DNA of 64,000 nt. It comes from Heterodontus francisci (taxonomy: Eukaryota). The translations under genes were made by a program, and so were the position numbers. Where the stretch lies: NCBI RefSeq assembly GCF_036365525.1, contig NC_090371.1, forward strand, positions 217,675,056 through 217,739,055. Direction: 5' to 3'. Positions 24,518-36,406 of this stretch are shown one piece after another; position 1 is the stretch's first letter, and every line of letters begins with the position of its first letter. The notes beneath the pieces were generated by a model that was given only the letters and a program-made list of their open reading frames with translations, was not told the origin of the DNA and did not search any database.

Positions 24518-25879
24518 AATTCGGTTAACACCTACGAATCAACGACACGCCCATGCATACGTGATACACACATGCCAATTGAGTCAGAAAAGAGCAGAAG
24601 AAAAAATACAGTGAAAAGTTTGAGACAATATCTGAAGAGATTTTGTTACGGTTCTTCGGGCTCACTGTAGAGTCTTTGATTGTAGGTAGACCTTGCTTTT
24701 CGTTGGGGCCCAGTATTCTTCTTAAACCCTGTTTGCTGTACGAGACTTCTTTCTTGGGGTTCATGTGTCTTCAATGGATTCAGAGGCTTGTGAGAAAGAG
24801 ATGGGAGCTGACAGGAGAGATCTTCTCAGTTTTGAATCAGTCTTACTGAGTTCAACCTGTTTGTATAATTCAGAAAAACCCATGTTGCCACGCAGGTTAG
24901 TCACGTGACTAGCTGGTCTGTCCACGTCTGTTTGTGGATTCGGCTATCCCAGCAGTCATCCTGAAATTTGAGCTCCCTCACCTTCAATGTCTGGTGCTCA
25001 AAGTCCATTGTGCGTTAAATGTGTCAGGGAAATGGTCCTTTGTCCTTCCAAGCACTGTCTGTTAATATGCAAATGTCTTTTTCAGCCACAGCTGATCTGC
25101 TTAACAAGTCATTTCCTCGCTCCAGCAACAGTTTAAAATCAATGTTCCTGACAAAATTAATGTGCCTCATTTTTGGCAGGTGGGGGCCTTCATGACAACA
25201 CAGAGTTATATCACAGGCTACAAATAGATTTACAACCCACTTCTACCCCAGGCAACACTCTGTCAAAGATTGTAAAGAACTGTCCTTAACATATATGCCA
25301 CAGATCACACCAGGTTGCCATTGGGGACATAGTAACACTGGCCCAACAGCTGTGCAACACCAAGCAAGCTGCAGAAGCATTGTTTTCTACAGCTTGCAGA
25401 TTCATCAAATACCCAGTGACAACTGGACAGCACTACAATTTTACTGAATGGCAGGCTTTTCTAATGCACCATACTGCAAGTGAATGCTTGCTTCGCTTCC
25501 TTCGGACCTTCCATGATGCTTCATCTTAAAGAAATCCACCATACCAGGAATCTTAACTATGAAAGTAAGTTTCCGGGCTGAATTTTATTTCTAGGCCGCA
25601 AGTCCTGATGTTGGGACTGGAAGTTGGCATGGCATCTGTTGGGGCAATCAGCAGCTGGCAGAACGCAATTGAGTGGCAGCCGACCAATTAAGGATCACGA
25701 ATTGTGGGGGCTGTCCAGTGAGAGGACAGAGGTGGCAGCAAAGATGGCAAATGTGGCATCAGGTGACATCACAAAAGCAACAGGCACCATTAATAAACAG
25801 CTGATAGCACCTGCCTGACTGTTCAGAGCCTCAACTGAGCCCCTTCATTCAGGAGTGCTAGGCATTGGCTTGGATGCCT

Positions 25880-27660
25880 GCAGGCAGAAGGATCCCAAGT
25901 GGCTCCACAATTCAGCGATGCCTCCCTCCAAACACTGCTCCAGGCTGCAAGGGAAAGACCATCAGGGATGGGAGGAAGAGACCAACCCGCCTGACCAAGC
26001 AAGCCTGGATGGAAATAGCAGAGGAGGTCAGCAGCCATGGGGTCACCCAAGGACCTGGATCCAGTGCCGCAAAAGGGTCAGTGACCTGATCCGGTCTGGC
26101 AAAGTGAATGCTCCATTCCATTCGAACCCTTTGTGCCCAGCTTGTGTCAGAGTTAGAGAATTTGTTTGTTTTAGAGGGAGGGACCAGCCAGCTGTGGCAA
26201 TGGGGTACTCAAGTTGCCTGTGGGGTCTGAGGCATGGGCACACCTCAGTTAGAGCTGCCAGTCTCTCAATGCATTGCCCTGCATAGTTCCTCGAGAGTGG
26301 CTGCACGCAGGAGGCATATGTGATCCCCCATCATGGCTTGATGGACTATCATCATCAGAGGTCTGGGGCTCTCCCCCACTGCTCCCCACACCGACACCCC
26401 ACCATCCCACCAGGAGACTAACCTTGTCCCTCATTGTGTCTACAGGAGAAAACTGCCCACAACATGAAGGACTGTGCCAAGACCGGTGGCCGGGTGCCTG
26501 ATCTGCATGTCCTTACACTGATGGAAGAGGAAGACATGGAACTGGCAGGGTAATAAGGCGGCTATGCCATAGCTGAAGACAAAACAGACGCCCACCCAAG
26601 AGAGCATGTGTGCATTTCTCGGGGCACAAAGGTGTCTCTGCTGGCAAAGAGCCACGTAGTGCATGTGATTCCCATGGCAGCAATGGGGAGGTACATTTGG
26701 GTAGCATGAATCAGACAATGGGCAAACACTAATCCTTCTATTTCTATGATTTCTCATGGAGGTCAAGGTAACCAAGAAGGGAGAGGAGCTCAAGAGGCTG
26801 GGGGAGAGTTGGTCACCTCTGAGGAGGAGGCAGCCTCAGACAGTCCATCATCACACCCTCCACCAGCACAGATACTCTCACATCAGTGGGTAGTCGCGTG
26901 TAGTTAGATGTGGCCACACAACTTGGTGAGAACATCACAGATGCACCAGGGCAGTTGACGGAGACCGTGACAGCTCAGGCCACTGGCAGTGAGGGGACTA
27001 TAGGAAACCAGGCCCATGCAGAACCCCAGGCTGATGATGTGCCTCTGGTGTTGGCGACAACATGGGAATTGCTACAGCAGGAGCAAAAGGTCAGGCAACA
27101 GCTGGCAGAGATATCAGAGGCTATGCGTACCCAAGTGTGGATGAGGGAGGAGCTCATCCATGCCTCGGATGCTGCACTGTCTCTGCCAATTGTATGTCTG
27201 GCTTCCTCCATTGAGAGATTGGCGAGTCTCATGGAGAGCCACATCCAGCAGACTCCAGTGGCTGCTGGAGATGCCTGCAGACCTGCACACCATTGTTTAT
27301 CCATGAGCTCTGTGCAGCAATGCAAGACGAGAGGGGGATGAGGCACCTGGACTCTCCACCAGGCCCAAGTCCCTCTCAGGTCCCCAGGGAGACACAAGTC
27401 TGCCTTATAAGGGGGTTCCTCCCAGGATTCTCCTGGTGCTCCTGGCATGGACAGTGGCTCTAAAGCCCCTCTTCCAGTGACGCCAGCACCTCCATCATCC
27501 TGCAGCCTGAGGTTGCCCCTGCACCTTTGCAGGAGGCCCTCAGTGTTCCTCAGTACCTCAGGCAGCCAGAGGACGGCAAGGTCAGCAGCCTGCCTCTGCT
27601 TCAGCTGACAGCACAGGAGCAGCACCATGTAGGAGCATCCAGAAACGAGTTAAGAAAAGC
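25880..27660 (+). pseudogene. Harbinger Myb/SANT-like (MSANTD-type) gene, probably 3 exons
   Basis: Exon 1 PQFSDASLQTLLQ ... RTWIQCRKRVSDLIRSGK|GTGAAT (donor 26104); acceptor TCTACAG|GAGAAAACTGCCCACAAC near 26446; low-complexity/coiled-coil exon includes ORF 26910-27341. Confidence 0.75.
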
Positions 27661-27899
27661 ACATAGATGCACTTAGAGGATCGTGGGTGATAATCCTGCA
27701 GAAAAGGGATTTGTTGCAATGGTTGCCACGCATCATTAAACTATATTGTTCACTCACTACATGTCCTTTCTGGATTCCTTTTGGGAGTTCCTTGAAAACC
27801 TTCCTCGAGCGCTCAAAGCTTCAGCTTTGCCACCTGGCGAACTGCACCTGGCTGCTGCAGTATAGAAGGATGGATGTAACAAAATTGTTCATTAATGGT

Positions 27900-29150
27900 A
27901 AGGCTTTATTGTTGCAGTTCTAGAGGGTTGTGAGGCTCAAAGGAAACGTGAATGTATGAAGGCACCTGGTGCCTCCCTCGCACGTATCTCATGGCCCCTT
28001 TCATGCTGTGCCTCTGGCCCTTCATCTGGCACTGCCTCTGCAGCATCCTCCTCCACATCCTCGTCATCGGGGGAGGCATCTCACTCCACAATATCCTCAC
28101 TGGTCAATGCCTCCACCCTCTGTACCGCCAGGTGGTGTAGTGCGCAGCAGACCACCACGATAAGCAAGACCATTACTGGGGCATACTGAAGGGCCTCACT
28201 GGATCAATCCAGGCACCTGAATCTCATCCTGAGCTGACTAATGGCCTGCTCGACAGTCACTCAGGTTGACATGTGGCAGGTGTTGTACCTCTCTTCTGCA
28301 TCCATGCGCAGGTTCCTCACAGGCATCAGTAGCCATGTCCTCAATGGGTAGCCCTTGTCTCCAAAGATCCATCTCTGAAGGTGCGCAGGGACAGAGAAAA
28401 GGTCGGGCACCTGGGACTGCCTTAGTATTTATGCGTCATGGCTGCTTCCTGGGAATCATGCACACACCTGTTTGTGGGGGTCACAGACCAGTTGTACATC
28501 GAGGGAATGGATGCTCTTCTGGTTGATGAAGGCAGCAGGCTGGTCAGTGGGAGCCTTGATGTCTACATGTGTTCAGTCAATCACCGCCTGCATCTGGGAG
28601 AATCCAGCGATGGCTCTGAAACCCACAGCTCTCTCAGCTTGACTGGATCAGTGTGGACGCATACAGAGTCACCGGCCCTACTGAACAGGGCATTGGTGAC
28701 CTCCTTGATGCAGCGATGTGCCACAGACTGGGATATTCCATACATATCTCCAGTGCATCCCTGGAATGATCTAGTGGCATAGAAGTTCAGTGCCATGGTG
28801 ACGTTTAGCGTTACTGGCATCGGGTGCCCACCAAGTCCCATGGGCCTTAGCTCATCCTGCACCATGGCACATAGATGGTCTCCCTGGAGAGGTGGAGTCT
28901 TCAGAGACACTGCCACTCAGGTATCTGCAGGTAGTTGAGGTGTAGCTGGTAGATTCTCTCTGGAGGGTAGCTTCTACTGCATGCCAGAGGTTGTTGCCTT
29001 GTCCCTTTACCACCTTCTCCAGCCTCCTATGGCCGGAGCTGGCTCTCCTGTGGGCCCCTAACTTGCTGGTGTTCCCTTGCCCATCCTTGAAGCTCCCTCC
29101 CTTTCTGTTCCTCCTCCTCCAAGGGGTCCTTGAAGCCAGAGTGAATGAGG
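27900..29150 (-). pseudogene. HARBI1-like DDE transposase pseudogene
   Basis: VTMALNFYATRSFQGCTGDMYGISQSVAHRCI; VID*THV; HD; GDKGYPLRTWLL; VEQAI..LRMRFRCLD. Confidence 0.9.
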
Positions 29151-29899
29151 CCCCTGAGAGGTTGTCTCCTCCTAAGCGCAAGGCCTACAGTTCAAACAGC
29201 CCTTCCACCCCCCCGGCTCTACTTCAATGAGGTGGCACAGCCCCGATGCCACTCTGGTGTGGCTGTCCCGCACTGCTGGCACTTTAGCCCCCACTCCTGA
29301 CAGTCTTTCACGATGCTCCCCCCTCCACCCTTCCTGCCAAGTAATGCTGCCTCACCGGATGGCTTCCCAGTAAAGCCAACACTGATCTCCCATCTCCTTG
29401 TCGCATCCTTGCATCAGGCGAAGCCCTGAAGCCCCGTGGTTCCCATGCGCAATTAGGAAGATTCAAATTGAAATTAAAATTGCTGTCAGTTGGGTTCATA
29501 AATACCTTCATTGGCTTCCTGTCTTGTGAATGTGTGCAAAGCCCGCCCTCCATGTTGGCCGCCGACAAGAAAATGTGGAAGGGATGTCACGACATCCAAA
29601 TTTCAGTCCAACGTCTTTCATCCCAATTTTAGGCTCCCCCACCCCCCGCCTCCATTGCCATCTCAAACCACCTCATAAAAGTCAGTCCTCAGGGTGGCTG
29701 CAGGGAAATTAAGATTACCGTATAAGATAGGGAAGGATCACAATGTGCTATCACTCTCAGAGACAGCAAAAAATCATACATGCTCATCCTGCCATGGCAC
29801 AAGTACTCAGCTTTACCTAAAAAGGAAAGCAGACATAATGGTATCAATGACATCAGTGAAGCCACCTGAGATGCTTATTGCATCCCACATAGCAATCCA

Positions 29900-30930
29900 G
29901 GTGGCAGTCTGAGCATTCATGGAAGAATCAAAGGTTTCCTTTAGAGCCCATGTCATGGCCACATATTTCAAAACCATCCAGCATGCTACTGTGCATGCAG
30001 GTTGTGGGTTCCTTCACTCTTTCTGCCATTTCCAGCACACTGACAGACATGGCTCCCAGTGCCTGCACTGACATTTGAACTTCTGTCAGCATTCTTCTAT
30101 TAAAAACAGGTGTTCTGAGAACTGGATTCCTGGGTTCTTCAGTCAAGCAGTGGCTGTACCTCTTGTCCCTCCAGCCAGCAGTATCTTCCTCCTCATGTGC
30201 CACTAGCAGATGCTCCTGTTCAGTCATAATCTGTGTGTCACCCTGTGCATTCTCTTCTGGCTCACTCTCTAATCCTGAGGGTAGATCGTTCTGGCTTGTG
30301 GGAAAGAGAGTGAGGCATGGCAGGGCCAAATGGACTGGGGACTTTCTTCACACACATCTAGAAAAGAGAAAGCAGGGTCAGAATCAGTTGCAAAGACCAT
30401 ATGCTACTTTTAGTTGTGATATGACATAGCGTACTGATAGGTAATGCAAGGTACAGTAGGATGAGAAAGAAGACAGGCAGCAGAAGCTCACCAGGAACTC
30501 TCCTATTTCCCCATCTCCTATACCACGTATGGTCCAAGAGGGTGGTAGCTTCTTCCTTTATGTTATGACCGTCCTTGCCCTTGGAAAAAGAATGCAAAGC
30601 ATGAGTGTTACCTTTGGTTACTGTGAGATGCAGTAAAAACCCAGCCGTCAGGAAACAGACTATAATTAGCATGAAGCACCAAGCAATTAGATTCCATTTG
30701 AGGCTTTTAGTGCAGTGATTACATTTCAGGCTGGGAGTGAAACTACACTTCCAGGGAAATACTGGGGATGCAAAGAGCACCCTGCTACTTCAAGAGCATT
30801 GATAGTAAGCAATTTGAGCATTTTGGCACAGTATAAGAGAAGGTCATTATGAGTGGCAGGCATGGGTGCAATAGTGCGGTCTTGGAAGGTCTGTCTGATT
30901 CCTGTTATCTTACCTGACCTGATACCATTA
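29900..30930 (-). pseudogene. Further degraded Harbinger Myb-like gene remnant
   Basis: IRSG|GTAAG donor-like end near 30910 and an acidic low-complexity ORF at 29928-30329, like the other Myb copies. Confidence 0.4.
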
Positions 30931-30934
30931 GAAA

Positions 30935-31100
30935 TCACAGAATCATAGAATGGTTACAGCAAAGAAGGCGGCCATTCGGCCTATCAAGTCTGTGCCAGCT
31001 CTTGTGCAAGAGCAACTCCCTCACCTTTTCCCTGGAGCTTTGCAAATCTTTTCTCTTCAGATAATTATCCAATTCCTTTTTGAAAGCCATAATTGAATCT
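30935..31100 (-). repeat. CR1 3' UTR/tail fragment
   Basis: AGAATCATAGAATGGTTACAGC..GGCCATTCGGCC; related pieces at about 47065-47305 (+), 51670-51830 (-) and 52170-52275 (-). Confidence 0.7.
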
Positions 31101-34098
31101 GAGAAGGTGATGGTGAGCTGCCTCTTGAACCGCTGCAGTCCATGCAGGGTAGGTACATCCACAGTGCTGTTAGGAAGGGAGTTCCAGGATTTTGACCCAA
31201 TGTCAGTGAAGGAACGGCGATATAGTTCCAAGTCAGGATGGTGTGTGACTTGGAGGGGAACTTGCAGGTGGTGGTGTTCCCATACATCTGCTGCCCTTGC
31301 CCTTCTTGGTGGTAGAGGTCACGAGTTTGGAAGGTGCTGTCGAAAGAGCTTTGGTGAGTTGCTGCAGTGCATCTTGTAGATGGTACACGCTGCTGCCACT
31401 ATGCGTCGGTGGTGGAGGGAGTGAATGTTTGTGGATGGGGTGCCAATCAAGTGAGCTGCTTTGTCGTGGATGGTGTCAAGTTTCTTGAGTGTTGTTAGAG
31501 CTACACTCATCCAGGCAAGTAGAGAGTATTCCATCACACTCCTGCCTTGTGCCTTGTAGATGGTGAATAGGCATTGTGGAGACAGGAGGTGAGTTACTCG
31601 CTGCAGACTTCCCAGCCTCTGACCTACTCTTGTAGCTGTATGTGGCTTGTCCAGTTCAGTTTCTGGTCAATGGTGACCCTCAGTGATGGTAATGCCATTG
31701 AACATTAAGGGCAGATGGTTAGATTGTCTTTTGTTTGAGATGGTCATTGCCTGGCACTTGTGTGGCATGAATGTTACTTGCCACTTATCAGCCCAAGCCT
31801 GGATGTTGTCCAGGTCTTGCTGCATATGGACATGGCCTGCTTCAGTATCTGAGGAGTTGCGAATGGTGCTGAACATTGTGCAATCATCAGCAAACATCCC
31901 CACTTCTAATATTATGATGGAGGAAAGGTCATTGATGAAGCAGCTGAAGATGGTTGGGCCTAGGACACTACCCTGAGGAACTCCTGCAGTAATGTCCTTG
32001 GACTGAGATGATTGACCTGCAACAGCCACAACCATCTTCCTTTGTGCGAGGTGTGACTCCAACCAGCGGAGAGTTTTCCCCTTGATTCCCTTTGACTCCA
32101 GTTTTGCTCCGGCTCCTTGATGCCATACTCAGTCAAATGCTGCCTTGATGTAAAGGGCCGCCACTCTCACTTCACCTTTGGAGTTCAGTTCTTTTGTCCA
32201 TGTTTGGACCAAGGCTGTAATGAGGTCAGGAGCTCTGTGGCCCTGGCAGAATCTTAACTGAGCGTCACTGAGCAGGTTATTGCTGAGAAAGTGCCACTTG
32301 AAAGCACTGTTGACGACCCCTTGCTGATGAGTGAGAGTAGACTGATAGGGCGGTAATTGGCTGTGTCAGATTTGTTCTGTTTGTTGTGTACAGGACATAC
32401 CTGGGCAATTTTTCACATTGCCGGGTAGCTGCCAGTGTTGTAGCTGTACTGGAATAGCTTGACTAGGGGTGTGGCTAGTTCTGGAGCTCAAGTCTTCAGT
32501 ACTATTGCCGGAATGTTGTCAGGACCCATAGCCTTTGCAGTACCCAGTGCCTTCAGCCACTTCTTGATGTCATGTGGAGTGAATTGTATTGGCTGAAGAC
32601 TGGTATCTGTGATGCTGGGGACTTCAGGAGGAGGCCGAGATGGATCAGTAATATCTCGGGACTTCTGGCTGAAGATTGTAGCAAGTGCTTCAGCCTTATC
32701 TTTTGCACTGAAGTGCTGGGATTCCCCATCATTGAGGATGTGAATATTTGTGGAACCACCTCCTCCTGTTAGTTGTTTAATTGTCCACCACCATTCGCGA
32801 CTGGATATTGCAGGACTGCAGAGCTTAGATCTGATCCGTTGGTTGTGGGATCACTAAGCCCTGTCTATTGCATGCTGGTTCCGCTGTTTGGCATGCAAGT
32901 AGTCCTGTGTTGTAGCTTCACCAGGCTGACACCTCATTTTTAGTTATGCCTGGTGCTGCTCCTGGCCTGTCCTCCTGCACTCTTCATTGAACCAGCATTG
33001 GTCCCCAGCTTGATGGTAATGATAGATTGGGGGATATGCCAGGCCATGAGGTTATATATTGTGGTTGAGTATAATTCTGCTGCTGCTGATGACCCACAGC
33101 GCCTCATGGACGCCCAGTTTTGCGTTGCTAGATCTGTTCGAAATCTGTCCCATTTAGTATGGTGGTAGTGCCACACAACATGATGGAGGGAATCCTCAAT
33201 GTGAAGACTGGATTTTGTCTCCACAACGACTGTGCGGTGGTCACACGTACCAATACTGTCACAGACAGATACATCTGCGGCAGGCAGATTGGTGAGGAAG
33301 AAGTCAAGTAGATTTTTCCCTCTTGTTGATTCCCTCACCACCTGCCGCAGACCCAGTCTGGCAGCTAAGTCTTTTAGACCTCAGTCAGCTCAGTCAGTTG
33401 TGGTGCTACCAAGCCACTTGGTGATGGACATTGAAGTCCCCCACACAGAGTACATTTTGTGCTCTTGCTACCCTCAGTGCTTCTTCCAATTGGTGTTCAA
33501 CATGGAGAAGCACTGATTCATCAGCCGAGGGGGGCGGTAGGTGGTAATCAGCAGGAGGTTTCCTGGCCCATGTTTGACCTGATGCCATGAGACTTCATGG
33601 GTTCCGGAGTCAATGTTGAGGATTCCCAGGGCAACTCCCTCCTAACTATACACAATTGTTCCACCACGTCTGCTGGGTCTGTCCTGCCGGTGGGACAGGC
33701 CATACCCAGGGACGGTGATGGTGGTGTCAGGGACATTGTATGTAAGGTATGATTCCATGAGTATGAATATGTCAGGCTGTTGCTTGACTAGTCTGTGGAA
33801 CAGCTCTCCCAATTTTAGCACAAGCCCCCAAATGTTAGTAAGGAGGACTTAGCAGGGTCAACAGGGCTGGGTTTGCCTTTGTTGTTTCCAGTGCCTAGGT
33901 CAGTGCCGGCTGGTCCATCCGATTTCATTCCTTTTCTTCGACTTTGTAGCAGTTTGAAACAACTGAGTGGCTTGCTAGACCATTTCAGAGGGCATTTAAA
34001 AGTCAACAACATTACTGTGGGTCTGGAATCACATGTAGGTCAGACCAGGTAAGGAAAACAGATTTCTTCCCTAAAGGACATTAATGACATTAGTGAAC
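31101..34098 (-). mobile_element. CR1/L2-group LINE family A, second near-full-length and more decayed copy
   Basis: Colinear with 13330-16570, including the 5' non-coding segment; EN ORFs 32940-33588; RT ORF 31667-32062. Confidence 0.92.
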
Positions 34099-34104
34099 TA
34101 TGAA

Positions 34105-34762
34105 TACGACTTTGGCAGCATCTTCTTCCTTGGTAATGACAAATGCAAAGTATTCATTTTGTACCTCAGCCAAGTCGTCTGCCTCCATGTGTAGGTCTCC
34201 TTATCGGACCCTAATCAGCCCTACTCTGTTTACCACCCTTTTGCTATTGATGTGCCCATAGAAAACTTTTTAATTCCCTTTTATGTTGGTTACCAGTCTC
34301 TCCTCATATCTCTTTGCTACTCATTTCTTCTTTCACTTCCCTTATTAACTTTCTATGTTCAGCCTGCTTTGCATTTGTATGATCAACCTGACATCTGTCA
34401 TATGTACCCTTTTTCTGCTTCATCTTACTCTCTATCTCTATTGTCATCCAAGGATGTCTGGCTTTGTTTGTCCTACCTTTCCCCTAGTGGGAATGTACAT
34501 CAATTGTACCCGAACCATCTCCTCTTCAAAGGTAGCCCATTGTCCAATTTCAATTTTGCCTGCCAATCTTTGATTCCAATTTACGTGGGCCAGATCTGTT
34601 CTCACCCCATTGAAATTGGCCCCTCCCCCAATTTATTATTTTTACTCTGGATTGCTCCTTGTCCATTTCCAAAGCTAGCCTAAACCTTATGATACTATGA
34701 TCACTGCCCCCTAAATGTTCCCCTACTGACACTTGGTCTACTTGTCCCACCTCATGCCACAG
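34105..34762 (-). mobile_element. Old CR1 ORF2 fragment (end of endonuclease and tether)
   Basis: VGEHLGGSDHSIIRFRL in ORF 34550-34855. Confidence 0.75.
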
Positions 34763-35089
34763 GATTATTTTGTGAATCATGATTGGCCTCAGAACAAACA
34801 GATCAGGAAGGTGAACATGTGGCTGAAAAAGTAGTGTGGGAAGGAGAGACTCCATTTCATGGGATGCTAGCTGGGACAGGAGAGAGCTGTACCATTGGAC
34901 AGACTGTATCTGAACTGAGCTGGGACCAAGGTCCTAGCAGAAAGGATAAATGGGGTGATAAAAAGGGCTTTAAACTAACCAATGGTGGGGGTCATGGCTC
35001 AGTCAGAAACAGTAGTGGAAATTACATTTTAAAGATTACAAAAAGAATAAGAACAGAGTTCAGGCCACAAGTTGTGATACAGATACTCC

Positions 35090-35205
35090 AGGTGTTTCCT
35101 ACATTACAACAGTGACGCCATTTCAAATGTACTTCATTGGCTGTAAAGCACTTTGGATGGCCTGAGGTCATGAAAGGTGCTATATAAATGCAAGACTTTC
35201 TTTTG
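35090..35205 (+). mobile_element. DeuSINE (SacSINE1/AmnSINE-like) 3' tail fragment
   Basis: GTTTCCTACATTACAACAGTGAC...GTAAAGCACTTTGG...GAAAGGTGCTATATAAATGCAAG, recognised from memory of the consensus. Confidence 0.65.
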
Positions 35206-36406
35206 TTCTTTTCAGTGAAGGGACTACAAACAAAACTAGTTACAGCAGGATTGACAAATAAGAAATATGTTTAGTTAAATAGTATGAGAAAGGTAGCATC
35301 AGGGCAGAAGGACAGGTTAAGGTCTTTTTGTCCAAATAAGAGTTTTATATACTAACACACAGTGTGTAAAAAATAAATTGAGTGAATTATAGGCTCCAGT
35401 ACAGCTTAGAGAGTATGATATGCTGGCCATTAGAGATATAGCTGCAGGATGGTCATGATTTGAAGTTAAATATTCCAAGTTATTAGGTCTTTAGAAAAGA
35501 TAGGGAAACTGGGAGAGGTGGAAGGGTAGCCTCATTGATTAAAGAATATTACAGCATTAGTAAGAGAGGATATAGGTAAGAGAAAGCAATCAACATAGAC
35601 TCTATGTTAGAACTGAAGAATACAAGAGGATATAAAACTGTAATGGGAGTCATCTACAGACCTCATGATAGCAGTAATGAAATGTCAGAATGTATTAATT
35701 CAAAGGTTACAGAGCCTGATAGCAAAAGCAGTGTTCTTTTAATGGGAAACTTTAATTCTCATACAGATTGGGAAGAGCAGAGTAGATCAAATCAGAAAAG
35801 TGGTGCATTTCTTGGGCACATTCAAGTAGATTTCTTAAGCAATATATTCTAGAACCAACAAGAGGGCAGACCAGACTAACCTGAATCATGAGTAAGGATC
35901 CAAACTTAGTTAATAATCTAACAATAAGGGAACAGTTATTGAACAGTGATCATGGGCAAAGTTTTATGTGGAATTTGGGATGGGAATGGAGGGACAGGAG
36001 GGTCATAAAATCGGGAGGGACACGCCGGACAGGAAATCCGATATCGTGACGTCACATCCTGATTTCACCGATGGCGGCAAAGATGAGGGCGAAGTTCCGA
36101 CGGCAGTGCGACGGGTAGGTAATTAAGGTCATTAAGAGGACTACGGACAGTGATTTTATTTGTGGGTTTGGATTTTAGAAATGCCACACGAGATTCACGG
36201 GACTTCAGAGACTAGCTTCCTTTAAGGAGATGGCATGGAGATGGGAGATCATTGTTAGCAGTAAGCGAAGACCATCGGGAAAGGAATCATTGACTGCCAG
36301 GCAAGGTGGAGAAGGGAGAGCATCAGGCATCATGTGAGGAATGGGGGCAGAGGTCCCATAACTGTGCAGGGGGCGGGGGCATTATAACGGAGGGAATGGG
36401 CAAATC

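Larger units (their letters stand above)
18577..25197 (-). mobile_element. Gypsy (Gmr1-like) LTR retrotransposon with SCAN Gag, two LTRs, no recognisable RT/RH
   Basis: 3' LTR 18577-19572 and 5' LTR 23756-25197 (TG...CA); degraded tRNA-Pro-like PBS TGGCGGCTACCGTCC at 23735-23749; PPT GGGTGTGGAGG at 19573-19583. Confidence 0.9.
25575..29688. mobile_element. Full-length degenerate PIF/Harbinger transposon (about 4.1 kb)
   Basis: TIRs GGGCTGAATTTTAT / ATAAAAGTCAGTCC; flanks TCC/TCA; convergent Myb (+) and transposase (-) genes. Confidence 0.88.

Noticed and set aside
28581-28916. Host HARBI1 gene
   Set aside because: Lies between TIRs next to a Myb partner and carries stops and frameshifts; a transposon copy, not the domesticated gene
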